64,000 nucleotides of DNA from Bacteroidales bacterium (GTDB taxonomy: Bacteria; Bacteroidota; Bacteroidia; Bacteroidales; UBA12077). Location: NCBI GenBank assembly GCA_016342685.1, contig JAEINU010000001.1, positions 824,169 through 888,168 on the forward strand, in the 5' to 3' direction. Positions 1 through 8,758 of this stretch are shown here, one piece after another (the stretch's first letter is position 1; every line of letters begins with the position of its first letter). The notes beneath the pieces are model-generated. The model was not told the origin of the DNA, made no database searches, and saw only the letters and a list, made by a program, of their open reading frames with translations. The translations under genes and the position numbers were made by a program.

Positions 1-2
1 TT

Positions 3-608
3 AAAATTAAAAAATCGTATGCCTCATATTTGAATGAATCCATTGAGTTGGGAAGATCATTTATTGTTAAAGATTACCAACGAAAACCGCTACCTTTATT
101 TCTTTTATGGAAAGGATTGTTATTCTTTTTACTAAAAAATAGCGATTATAGATATCTAATAGGACCTGTTAGTATTAGCAACGATTTTTCGAAATTTTCA
201 AAATCCCTAATTGTTGAATTTGTAAAACGATATCATTTTGATAATGAATTAGCAAATCATATCAAACCACGAAAAAAGTTTGTTGTTAAACCCGATAAAA
301 TAGTTGATCGTGATTTATTAACCGAATCTGAAAAGGGTGATGTTTCTAAACTTGATAAGCTTATTTATGATATTGAGTGTACGTACAAATTTCCAATTTT
401 GTTAAAAAAATATCTGCAGTTAAACGCAAAAATTATAGGATTTAATATCGACCCTAAATTTAATGATGCTCTTGATGGACTTTTAATGCTTGATATATTA
501 GATGTGCCGCAGAACTTTATAAAAGCTCTCTCAAAAGAATTAAATGATGAATCGCTGCTTGACAGATTTAATTTTTCAACAACTATTTTAGAAGAGGACA
601 AAGCATAA
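3..608 (+). CDS. C-terminal part of an acyltransferase-like protein (tentatively GNAT/hemolysin-like N-acyltransferase family); the 5' end is outside the window
   Basis: The reading frame is open back to the window edge. The listed TTG start at 30 is arbitrary. Weak resemblance only. Confidence 0.3.
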   Translation, partial: KIKKSYASYLNESIELGRSFIVKDYQRKPLPLFLLWKGLLFFLLKNSDYRYLIGPVSISNDFSKFSKSLIVEFVKRYHFDNELANHIKPRKKFVVKPDKIVDRDLLTESEKGDVSKLDKLIYDIECTYKFPILLKKYLQLNAKIIGFNIDPKFNDALDGLLMLDILDVPQNFIKALSKELNDESLLDRFNFSTTILEEDKA

Positions 609-715
609 AAAATCTATTTAGTAATTTATTCTTTTTGTTTTTTTGAACTTGTGGTACAATTGCATGTTAATCAATAGAACTAATATTTTTAATAAATTAA
701 TCTTTTTTTTATTAT

Positions 716-1849
716 ATGTCTACAAAATATGCATCTGAAGAAAGACTAGAAGAGAGCCAAATAGATAATCAATTTACAGAAATTTCTAACGTAAATTTTA
801 TTAATAGTCTTTTTGATTCTTTGCCGTACATCGCTGCAGTTTTAAACGAACAACGTCAGGTAATATTTTCCAATAAAGTTTTACTAGAACAGTTAGGTGT
901 TAATTCCATTAGCGACGTGTTGGGGTTGCGTACTGGAGAAATGCTTAATTGCATAAATTCGGCAAAAGAGGAGGGCGGGTGTGGAACTTCTGAAGATTGT
1001 AAATATTGTGGTGCAATAAATGCTATAATTAAAAGTCAAACCCAAAATGTAAAGGTTAATTCTGAGTGCACAATTCGCTCAAATAACAATGGTGAAATGT
1101 TTACTTATGAATTTGGATTGGCTGTAAATCCCTTCGATTTGCAAAATGAAAGATTTTATATTCTTACTTTATTTGATATTTCGGATTCAAAAAGACGATT
1201 GTTCTTAGAGAAAATATTTTTTCATGATATCATTAATAAAGCAGGTAGTTTAAATGGTTTTTTGCAATTAGTTAAGGCTATTAATGATCCATCAAAATTG
1301 GACGAATATATTGAAATACTTGACGATATTAGTCAGCAATTAATAAAGGAGATATTTTCGCAACAGCAATTAATGGAGGCCGAAAATGGAACCTTGGTTG
1401 TTAATAAAGAACTTATTGAGTCTAAGTCTTTTTTGCAATCATTGATTGTCCAAATTTCTGAACACAAAGTTGCAAAACAAATAAAGGTTGTTTTGTCTGA
1501 AAGTGCAGAATTGATAAGCTTTTTTTCTGATTCATCTTTGCTTGGTCGAATTGTCCTTAATATGTTAAAGAATGCGGTTGAGGCATCATCAGATGGCGAT
1601 ATTGTGACCGTTAATTGTACGAAAATAGAGAACAAAATACAAATAGCTGTTAATAATCCTGTTTTAATGTCTGAGGAGGTTAAGTCACGTATTTTTAATA
1701 GATCTTTTTCTACCAAAGGCACGGGGCGAGGATTAGGAACCTATAGCATGAAAGTACTTGCTGAGAATTATTTAAAAGGTAAGATATATTTTGAATCCAT
1801 AGAAAAAGTAGGAACAACTTTTTTTCTTGAATTAGCAATCGATCAATAA
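716..1849 (+). CDS. Cytoplasmic sensor histidine kinase with a PAS-like N-terminal domain carrying a 4-Cys insertion
   Basis: H-box FHDIINKAGSLNGFLQL; C-terminal HATPase_c G-boxes (GTGRGLGTYSMK); no TM segments; cysteine cluster CINSAKEEGGCGTSEDCKYCG. Confidence 0.8.
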   Translation: MSTKYASEERLEESQIDNQFTEISNVNFINSLFDSLPYIAAVLNEQRQVIFSNKVLLEQLGVNSISDVLGLRTGEMLNCINSAKEEGGCGTSEDCKYCGAINAIIKSQTQNVKVNSECTIRSNNNGEMFTYEFGLAVNPFDLQNERFYILTLFDISDSKRRLFLEKIFFHDIINKAGSLNGFLQLVKAINDPSKLDEYIEILDDISQQLIKEIFSQQQLMEAENGTLVVNKELIESKSFLQSLIVQISEHKVAKQIKVVLSESAELISFFSDSSLLGRIVLNMLKNAVEASSDGDIVTVNCTKIENKIQIAVNNPVLMSEEVKSRIFNRSFSTKGTGRGLGTYSMKVLAENYLKGKIYFESIEKVGTTFFLELAIDQ

Positions 1850-1867
1850 TACAGTTTTAGATCAAAC

Positions 1868-2707
1868 CTACTCTGTTCTAATAAAATTCTTTATTTCAGA
1901 TACAACAAGTTTGTTGCTTACGAAATTCTTTAAAACCATTCTGTGATCTGCTTTTTCAATAATTTTAATGTCTTTTTTTGCAGAAGGGCTTAAATTGTGA
2001 AGAGTATAACTCATCGATGGAGGAATAAAATCATCCGATTCTCCATGTATAAACAAAATTGGCTTTGTGTTATGTTTTACCAATGAATTGTTATCAAGTT
2101 TATAGATGGATTCATCTATTTCTAATTTTAAAAATGGTCTAATTATTCCAGGTAAAGCTTCTTTCAATAAATATGCTTGTAATTCTTCCAATGAACTAAA
2201 TGAAGATAGAATAACTCCCGAATTAACAATATCTTTTTTAATCATATTTAAGGCTACAAATCCCCCTAAAGAATAACCTAAAATTATGGTTGGTAAATCT
2301 TTATTTCCAATCTCATCTTTAAAAAAATCTAAAGCAATATCTCCATCTTCTATAATACCATCAATACTTGGTGTGCCATCACTTAATCCGTAGCCTCGAT
2401 AATTAAACGAGAAAATATTTAAATCTAACTGTCTGCCTAGTTCATTAAAGAAAGGTATTGCAGATCTAATATTACTGGCATTTCCCGATAAGTAAATCAA
2501 ATTTATTTGGGCATTTGTTTCAGATAAATACCATGATTCCAATCTTGAGGTATCCGAAGAAGGTATATAATATCTTTTAAATGTAAAGTTCTCTGTTAAT
2601 TCAAATTCCTTTGTGGGATTAAATACATCGCTTTGTGTAAACTTTTGATTAATGCAAGCGGTAAACGTGAATATTAAAATTGAAAGAGTTACTAATTTTC
2701 TAAACAT
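1868..2707 (-). CDS. Alpha/beta-hydrolase-fold lipoprotein (esterase/lipase-like)
   Basis: Signal peptide with lipobox (LSILIFTFTAC); nucleophile elbow GYSLGG; downstream Asp/His region (FIHGESDDF ... ADH). Confidence 0.7.
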   Translation of the reverse strand: MFRKLVTLSILIFTFTACINQKFTQSDVFNPTKEFELTENFTFKRYYIPSSDTSRLESWYLSETNAQINLIYLSGNASNIRSAIPFFNELGRQLDLNIFSFNYRGYGLSDGTPSIDGIIEDGDIALDFFKDEIGNKDLPTIILGYSLGGFVALNMIKKDIVNSGVILSSFSSLEELQAYLLKEALPGIIRPFLKLEIDESIYKLDNNSLVKHNTKPILFIHGESDDFIPPSMSYTLHNLSPSAKKDIKIIEKADHRMVLKNFVSNKLVVSEIKNFIRTE

Positions 2708-2854
2708 CGTATTGTTTTATTAATGAAGATAAAATATAAACATGAATGTTGAGAAATTGTTTATTCTCACATTCTATTTTTGATTATTCGTTTTATGTAC
2801 TAGTTTTGGAGTAGAACTTTTGAGAATTAAATAATCACAATTTGAATAGTACGT

Positions 2855-3256
2855 ATGGAGTTAATTAAATGGACAGATCAGTACTCTGTTGGAATTACAG
2901 AAATTGATAATCAACATAAAGGACTTGTTATAATTATTAATGAGTTGTTTTCGTATATGTCGAACGGAAAAGCTAAGGAACATTTAAACAATATTTTTGA
3001 TCATTTAACCGACTATACAGAGAAACATTTTTTAGTTGAAGAAACGATGCTCATAAAATATGCATATCCAGATTACGATCAACACAAATTTGAACATTCG
3101 AAATTTATTGAAAAGTTAAAAAGTTTAAAACTAGAGTTCGAATCCGGAAAAATCACAATTTCTTTAGAAATATTAAATTTCTTAAAGGATTGGTTATTAA
3201 ATCATATTTTGAATACAGATAAAAAATATAGCGCTCATATCGAGAAATATCAGTAA
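2855..3256 (+). CDS. Bacteriohemerythrin (hemerythrin-like metal-binding protein)
   Basis: Typical N-terminus (W-D-YSVGI-EID-QHK-L) and His/Glu/Asp ligand spacing of the hemerythrin HHE cation-binding fold; 133 aa. Confidence 0.8.
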   Translation: MELIKWTDQYSVGITEIDNQHKGLVIIINELFSYMSNGKAKEHLNNIFDHLTDYTEKHFLVEETMLIKYAYPDYDQHKFEHSKFIEKLKSLKLEFESGKITISLEILNFLKDWLLNHILNTDKKYSAHIEKYQ

Positions 3257-3360
3257 TAGTTTTAAGCCGTAGAGCCAAATTTGATAAAGCCTTCTGCTTT
3301 ATTCTTAGTTATTTTTTATAAGTTTGGTTTTAGATTATCACAAAACCGAATACGAAATTT

Positions 3361-4503
3361 ATGAAAGAGATTCAATCTCCGTACAATATAATGGTGACAA
3401 TGGTTGATCGATTGCAAGAACACTATCCAAATCATAACGAACGATCCGATGGTACAATCCAATTTCATTTTACACACGAAAAAACAAAGATCGATTGTTA
3501 TATTGAATCTAATAATGATCTACTTCAATTAAGAAATGGAATAGCCCCAAATCCTACTGTAACTGTAAAATCCTCATTTTATAATTGGTTAAAATTAGCA
3601 GGTGGAAAGCTAAATCCAGTTCTGGGAGTTATGCTTGGTAAATTAAAATTTAAAGGTGATTTATCCTTTTTTAAAATTCTACCGCGAAAATTTACAAATG
3701 ATGAATTAGGAATACCAAAAGATCCAATTTCAAAGTTCGAAAAAAATCCAGTAAAATTCTGGGAGAAACCCAAAAAGGTTATTGTTTTAAATGCATCGCC
3801 AAGGGGCGAAAAGGGATATACCGATTTTTATTTGAAACCTTTTATTAAAGGAATGGAGAGTAAAACGGAGGTTGAACATATCTATTTAAAAGATTTTAAA
3901 ATCAACCCATGTATTGGATGTTTTTCTTGTTGGATGGATAAGCCTGGCGTTTGTATTTATCACGATAAAGATGGCTTTCATGAATTAGCCGAAAAGATGT
4001 ACAAAGCAAATCTTATTGTTTATGCTTTTCCTATATATACAGACCATATTCCTGGTATACTGAAAAATTATTTCGACAGATCAGTCAGTAGAGCTTATCC
4101 TTACATGATCAATGGAATTAATGGGGTGCGTCATCCAAGGAAATTTATTCAGGAAAAGCAGTCGATGTTTATTTTTTCGATTTGTGGTTTTTTCGAAAAG
4201 AAAAATTTTAATTCCGTTAGAGAATACTTTAAGGCTTTAGCTCATAATAGACATTGTCCTGTTGTTGGAGAGGTGTATAGAACTACTGCAATTGGATTAT
4301 ATGGAAGTCCGTTTCATTTCCAGAAACTAAATACAATTATTAGATCTTTGGAAAAAGCTGGAGAGCAGATTATCCAAACAGGTAAGCTTAATAGAAATGT
4401 AAATAAATTAATACATCAAAAGATAAAAACTACCGAGGATGATTTGGTAAAAGTCAATCAGTGGTGGAACGATAAAAAAGGAAGTAAAGACCTTAATTAT
4501 TAG
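3361..4503 (+). CDS. Fusion protein: N-terminal SCP2 sterol-carrier-like domain plus C-terminal iron-sulfur flavoprotein (Isf / NADPH-dependent FMN reductase-like)
   Basis: SCP2-like segment LNPVLGVMLGKLKFKGDLSFF. Flavodoxin-fold start VIVLNASPRGEKGYT. Compact Cys motif CIGCFSCWMDKPGVC (C-x2-C-x2-C-x7-C) as in Isf proteins. Confidence 0.6.
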   Translation: MKEIQSPYNIMVTMVDRLQEHYPNHNERSDGTIQFHFTHEKTKIDCYIESNNDLLQLRNGIAPNPTVTVKSSFYNWLKLAGGKLNPVLGVMLGKLKFKGDLSFFKILPRKFTNDELGIPKDPISKFEKNPVKFWEKPKKVIVLNASPRGEKGYTDFYLKPFIKGMESKTEVEHIYLKDFKINPCIGCFSCWMDKPGVCIYHDKDGFHELAEKMYKANLIVYAFPIYTDHIPGILKNYFDRSVSRAYPYMINGINGVRHPRKFIQEKQSMFIFSICGFFEKKNFNSVREYFKALAHNRHCPVVGEVYRTTAIGLYGSPFHFQKLNTIIRSLEKAGEQIIQTGKLNRNVNKLIHQKIKTTEDDLVKVNQWWNDKKGSKDLNY

Positions 4504-4509
4504 TAAGTA

Positions 4510-5262
4510 TTAATCCTTCTCGTATTTTTCTTGATGATATTCTTTTAAAGGATCAATATTCAAATATTTAGAAAGCCACTTAACACCAAGATAGAAAGGA
4601 ATGGTATCTAAAAGAGCCGAAGTCATTTTAAACATGTAGTTCGAAGCAATAAGCATGATCAAAAATGAAAATACGTGAGTGTCTGGATGTAATTCAATTG
4701 CTTTTGCACCATAGTAGGTGATAAGTACAACTGCAATAGAATCAATTAACTGACTTGTTAAAGTTGATACATTATTTCGTAACCACAAATGCTTTCCTTT
4801 TGTAAGTTTTTTAAGAAAATGGAAAATATGAACATCAACAAATTGTGCAGTCAAATATGCGATCATTGAAGAAGCTGTTGCTCCAAAAGTTAATTCTCTA
4901 ATTCTAAAAAAAGCGTCGCTATTCATTTGCGGACTTTCAGGTAATTTACCTGCAAACCATAAAATAAATAAAACCCAACCATTCATTAATAAACCAACCC
5001 AAACTACCATATTTGCTCTTCTTCTACCATATAACTCACTAATGAAATCGGTACATAAAAAAGTAATTGGATAGGGTAAAACACCTACGAAAACCATAAA
5101 TGGTACTCTTGTACCATTTACATTAAAAGACAAATCAATTAGTCGTGATAAGCCTAAGATATTTAACATGGCTAATGATCCAACAAATAATCCGGCAAGC
5201 AATATAAAAACGGCTTCTCTTCGGAATGTGTATTTATCTTCAGAACTTGTATTCGAGAACAT
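4510..5262 (-). CDS. yhhQ: Queuosine precursor transporter, YhhQ/VUT (DUF165) family
   Basis: Multi-TM protein; conserved stretch PYPITFLCTDFISELYG matches the YhhQ family core. Confidence 0.7.
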   Translation of the reverse strand: MFSNTSSEDKYTFRREAVFILLAGLFVGSLAMLNILGLSRLIDLSFNVNGTRVPFMVFVGVLPYPITFLCTDFISELYGRRRANMVVWVGLLMNGWVLFILWFAGKLPESPQMNSDAFFRIRELTFGATASSMIAYLTAQFVDVHIFHFLKKLTKGKHLWLRNNVSTLTSQLIDSIAVVLITYYGAKAIELHPDTHVFSFLIMLIASNYMFKMTSALLDTIPFYLGVKWLSKYLNIDPLKEYHQEKYEKD

Positions 5263-5577
5263 ATCTTATAATTAATTAACATAAAGATATATACATTTTA
5301 ATTAATTAGCAATTAGTAATTTGTTAAATCTAATTTAATACATTGTTTAAATAATCTTTATAACTATCGAGATATTCGATGGATATGATTCTTCAAGACT
5401 TCGATAATTATTGTAATTACTTATTAACAAAGTACTTTTAATATCTTATGCCTAAAATATACTATATTGTTCTAAAGATTTTATATTTTTAAGGGTTAAT
5501 AGGCTAGGTTAATTTGCTAAAAAAAACTGAATAATAGGAATTTAGTTTTTACATTAACACATTAAAATAAGGAATCT

Positions 5578-8500
5578 ATGAGGAAATACTTTTACTCTAT
5601 TTTTAATCTTGAAGATAACGAAGGTTTAAGTGTATTTTTATTCCTCACTCAATCAATATTTCTGGGAATATTTTATGGTGCTTTTGATGTTGGAGCACAT
5701 GCTTTGTTTTTAACTGTATATCCAGCTTCAATGATTCCTAAAGCCTATATTGTTTCAGGTATTGCTGGTATCATTTTAACATCCTTGTATGCACGAATAC
5801 AGAACCGATTGCCATTTTCAAAATTGGCAATTTTAAATTTGATTTTCATTTCTATCTCAACAGCTATCCTAAGATTGTTATTTCAATTTACTGAAAGCAA
5901 TTGGCTTATTTTTCTAATTTTTATAATGATGGGGCCATTAAATATTATTGCTTTGTTAGGATTTTGGGGTGCCGTTGGTCGAATATTTTCTTTGCGTCAG
6001 GGGAAAAGATTATTTGGATTAATTGATAGCGGGCAAATTTTTGGTGCAATACTCAGTACTTTTGCTATTCCTGTATTGGTAGCAGTTGGATTTCAACAAA
6101 AAAACTTATTGTTTTTAAGTTCTGTAAGTATTGTAGGTGCTTTAATTATGCAATTAATAATATCTGTAAAATTTAACTTAAATCAGGTAATTAGTAAGGC
6201 TACAAAAAAACAAAAAAGACTACCTGTATTGTTAAAAAATAAGTACATCTTATTTATGTCTGTTTTTGTTGTGATGTCGATGTTTACAGCGTTCTTTATT
6301 CAATATTCTTTTCTTTCTGTAACAAAGGAGAATTATCCCGATCACAATGATTTAACTGAGTTCTTGGGAGCATTTACCGGAAGTCTTTTATTGTTTACTT
6401 TCTTGTTTAAAACCTTTTTGTATAGTAAGCTAATGAAAGCTTATGGACTGAAAATAAGTATGATTATATCGCCATTTTTACTTGGAATTTTTACATTATT
6501 AGCTGTTGGTATTGGTTCGCTTTGGGGGTATACCTCAGCATCAGCAAGCTTTATCTTTTTCTTTTTAATAATATCGTTAAGTCGCCTTTTCTCAAAAGCA
6601 CTAAAAGATGGAGTTGAGTATCCTTCTTTTAAAATATTGTATCAATCTTTAAAAGTAGATATAAGGCATGATGTTCAGGCTTATGTTGATGGAACTATTA
6701 ACGAAATTGCAGCATTAGCATCAGGACTCCTTTTGGCAGTTCTTGGATTGTTTGAATTTTTCACTCTTATACATTTTTCGTATGCTTTACTTATTATTTT
6801 AGTTATTTGGTTTTTTATCGCAAGAAAACTTTATTTCGAATATAAAACAACACTTCAGGAATCGCTGGCAGAATTCAAAGTTAAAGAAGAAAGTGTAAAT
6901 GATTTTTCCGAATATATAACAGATAATCTTTGTAATGATTTATCTAAAGATCCAAAATTTATAACTGGTATTGAGTTTAATTCGAAAATACATCCACTGG
7001 AATTCGAGCAAAATATTGATCAGTTAATTAGCCATTCAAATTCACAAATTGAAGAATATGCTATTAGTAAAGTTTCAGATCTTAAGTTAATTGAAAAGTA
7101 TATTAATATAAATAGCTTAAAGGAAGTTCACATTGAAAATGAAAATCTGAAAGAGGTTATTCATCGAGCTCAGAAAACTATAGAAACACCAGGTAATACA
7201 GAATTAATAAAATTATCGAAAGCACGAAGCACCGACGAAAGAGTTTTGGCAGCTTTTTTAATTGGTAAATTTTATAACAAAGAGTTATTTGTTTATTTAA
7301 AAGCTTTAATAAGAGATAATCAATCAACTGTTAAAATTGCTACAATTAGATCTGCAACCAAATTACAATTAGAAAGTCTTTGTCCATATATAATTGATTA
7401 TTTAGATTCTGAAGATATATATTCTTATGCCTATGATTCCATTCTTTTGTTCAAACAAAAGGCCTTGAGTTATTTAGATCTAGTATTTTATAAGTCTGGA
7501 ACAAATCATAGAGTGTTGCTTCGAATTGTTAAGTTAATTGCAGAGATAGGAGGAAATGAAGCAAAAGAGCTCTTAGTTAAAAAACTTGATCATCCGAATG
7601 AAGAGATTCTAAACTTTATATTACTCGGATTGCAAAAGTGTAATTTTGAGGCTGATGAAAACAATATTAATCAAGTCCATCAAATAATTGAAAAGCATAT
7701 TGGTCTTATAGGATGGAATATTGCTGCAAAACAAACTTTGTCTGAATACGATATTTTTGAGGAACTTGAGACTGCATTTAATGAGGAGATAACAGCTAAC
7801 TTTGAAATGTTGTATTTACTTCTTTCGCTTGCTTACGACGCGCAATCTGTTCTACATGTAAAAGAAAATATTGAAAGTGGAACTTCAGAAGGAGCTAGTT
7901 ATGCATTAGAACTTCTTGATTTATTTGTGTCTGAAGAGATTAAACCAAAATTATTTCCAGTTGTTGAGGATATTTCTTTATTAGAAAAAATTAGATTATT
8001 ACAAGATTTTTATCCTATAAAAAAACTGGAAATAGAAGAATTACTATTAGATACAATTAATAGAGATATAAATTTTATAAGTCTTTGGACTAAAGCATGT
8101 GCTATAAAAGCGATTAAAAACTTAAAGAATTCAAAAGTAACAGATGATTTGGTTGCGCATTTATTTAATCCAAATCAGCTATTAAGACAATCTGCTGCCG
8201 TAGTAATATACGAGTTGGATAAAGAAAATTATTATTCAATAGAAAAACGATTAAGTGATACTTATAAAGAGGAACTTGAAGATACATTAGATGAGCGCGA
8301 GGGTTCTGAGAATCATTTGTTATTTGAGAAAACACAATTTTTGAAATCCATTGAGCATTTTGAAAATGTGCCAAGTAAATATTTGTTTTTATTGGCTGAT
8401 GTAATGACAGAGTATAAAACAGAGGATGAGAATTTTTCTTTTTATAATGATTTAGAACTAAACGATAAGCTATTGTTAATAAAAGGAGATAGTGTTAGTT

Positions 8501-8721
8501 TAAAAGATGAATCGGCAAGTACATTATTGTTGCCAAATAAATTATATGTGATTGACGATTTAAAGGTAAAATCAAATCATTTTACTTTTGAAAACACCAT
8601 GAATAGCACTGTTTATTTAATTGATAAAAAAGATTTAATGTATAATGTATTTGATTATTATGAGATTGAAGTTTGTGTATTAAAGTGGTTTAGTAATGAA
8701 CTTCAGGCTGAACACATTTAG
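5578..8721 (+). CDS. Large membrane protein: N-terminal MFS/ATP:ADP-translocase-like 11-12 TM domain, central HEAT/PBS-lyase-like repeats, C-terminal degenerate cNMP-binding-like domain
   Basis: About 420 aa of hydrophobic helices at the N-terminus. Roughly 450 aa of leucine-rich alpha-helical repeats. The terminal ~120 aa is a beta-rich module resembling CAP effector domains but lacking a clear phosphate-binding cassette. First gene of a tightly packed co-directional cluster. Confidence 0.5.
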   Translation: MRKYFYSIFNLEDNEGLSVFLFLTQSIFLGIFYGAFDVGAHALFLTVYPASMIPKAYIVSGIAGIILTSLYARIQNRLPFSKLAILNLIFISISTAILRLLFQFTESNWLIFLIFIMMGPLNIIALLGFWGAVGRIFSLRQGKRLFGLIDSGQIFGAILSTFAIPVLVAVGFQQKNLLFLSSVSIVGALIMQLIISVKFNLNQVISKATKKQKRLPVLLKNKYILFMSVFVVMSMFTAFFIQYSFLSVTKENYPDHNDLTEFLGAFTGSLLLFTFLFKTFLYSKLMKAYGLKISMIISPFLLGIFTLLAVGIGSLWGYTSASASFIFFFLIISLSRLFSKALKDGVEYPSFKILYQSLKVDIRHDVQAYVDGTINEIAALASGLLLAVLGLFEFFTLIHFSYALLIILVIWFFIARKLYFEYKTTLQESLAEFKVKEESVNDFSEYITDNLCNDLSKDPKFITGIEFNSKIHPLEFEQNIDQLISHSNSQIEEYAISKVSDLKLIEKYININSLKEVHIENENLKEVIHRAQKTIETPGNTELIKLSKARSTDERVLAAFLIGKFYNKELFVYLKALIRDNQSTVKIATIRSATKLQLESLCPYIIDYLDSEDIYSYAYDSILLFKQKALSYLDLVFYKSGTNHRVLLRIVKLIAEIGGNEAKELLVKKLDHPNEEILNFILLGLQKCNFEADENNINQVHQIIEKHIGLIGWNIAAKQTLSEYDIFEELETAFNEEITANFEMLYLLLSLAYDAQSVLHVKENIESGTSEGASYALELLDLFVSEEIKPKLFPVVEDISLLEKIRLLQDFYPIKKLEIEELLLDTINRDINFISLWTKACAIKAIKNLKNSKVTDDLVAHLFNPNQLLRQSAAVVIYELDKENYYSIEKRLSDTYKEELEDTLDEREGSENHLLFEKTQFLKSIEHFENVPSKYLFLLADVMTEYKTEDENFSFYNDLELNDKLLLIKGDSVSLKDESASTLLLPNKLYVIDDLKVKSNHFTFENTMNSTVYLIDKKDLMYNVFDYYEIEVCVLKWFSNELQAEHI

Positions 8722-8758
8722 TCTTAAAAAAAGAAATATAGGCGAAAAATAAATAATT

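Noticed and set aside
365-1722. Small minus-strand ORFs 365-601 and 1333-1722
   Set aside because: Fully embedded antisense to stronger plus-strand genes; low-complexity translations.
5263-5577. AT-rich 315-bp intergenic region examined for tRNA or ncRNA
   Set aside because: No GC-rich stems or tRNA-like cloverleaf were found. It looks like an ordinary promoter region for the divergent yhhQ and cluster genes.
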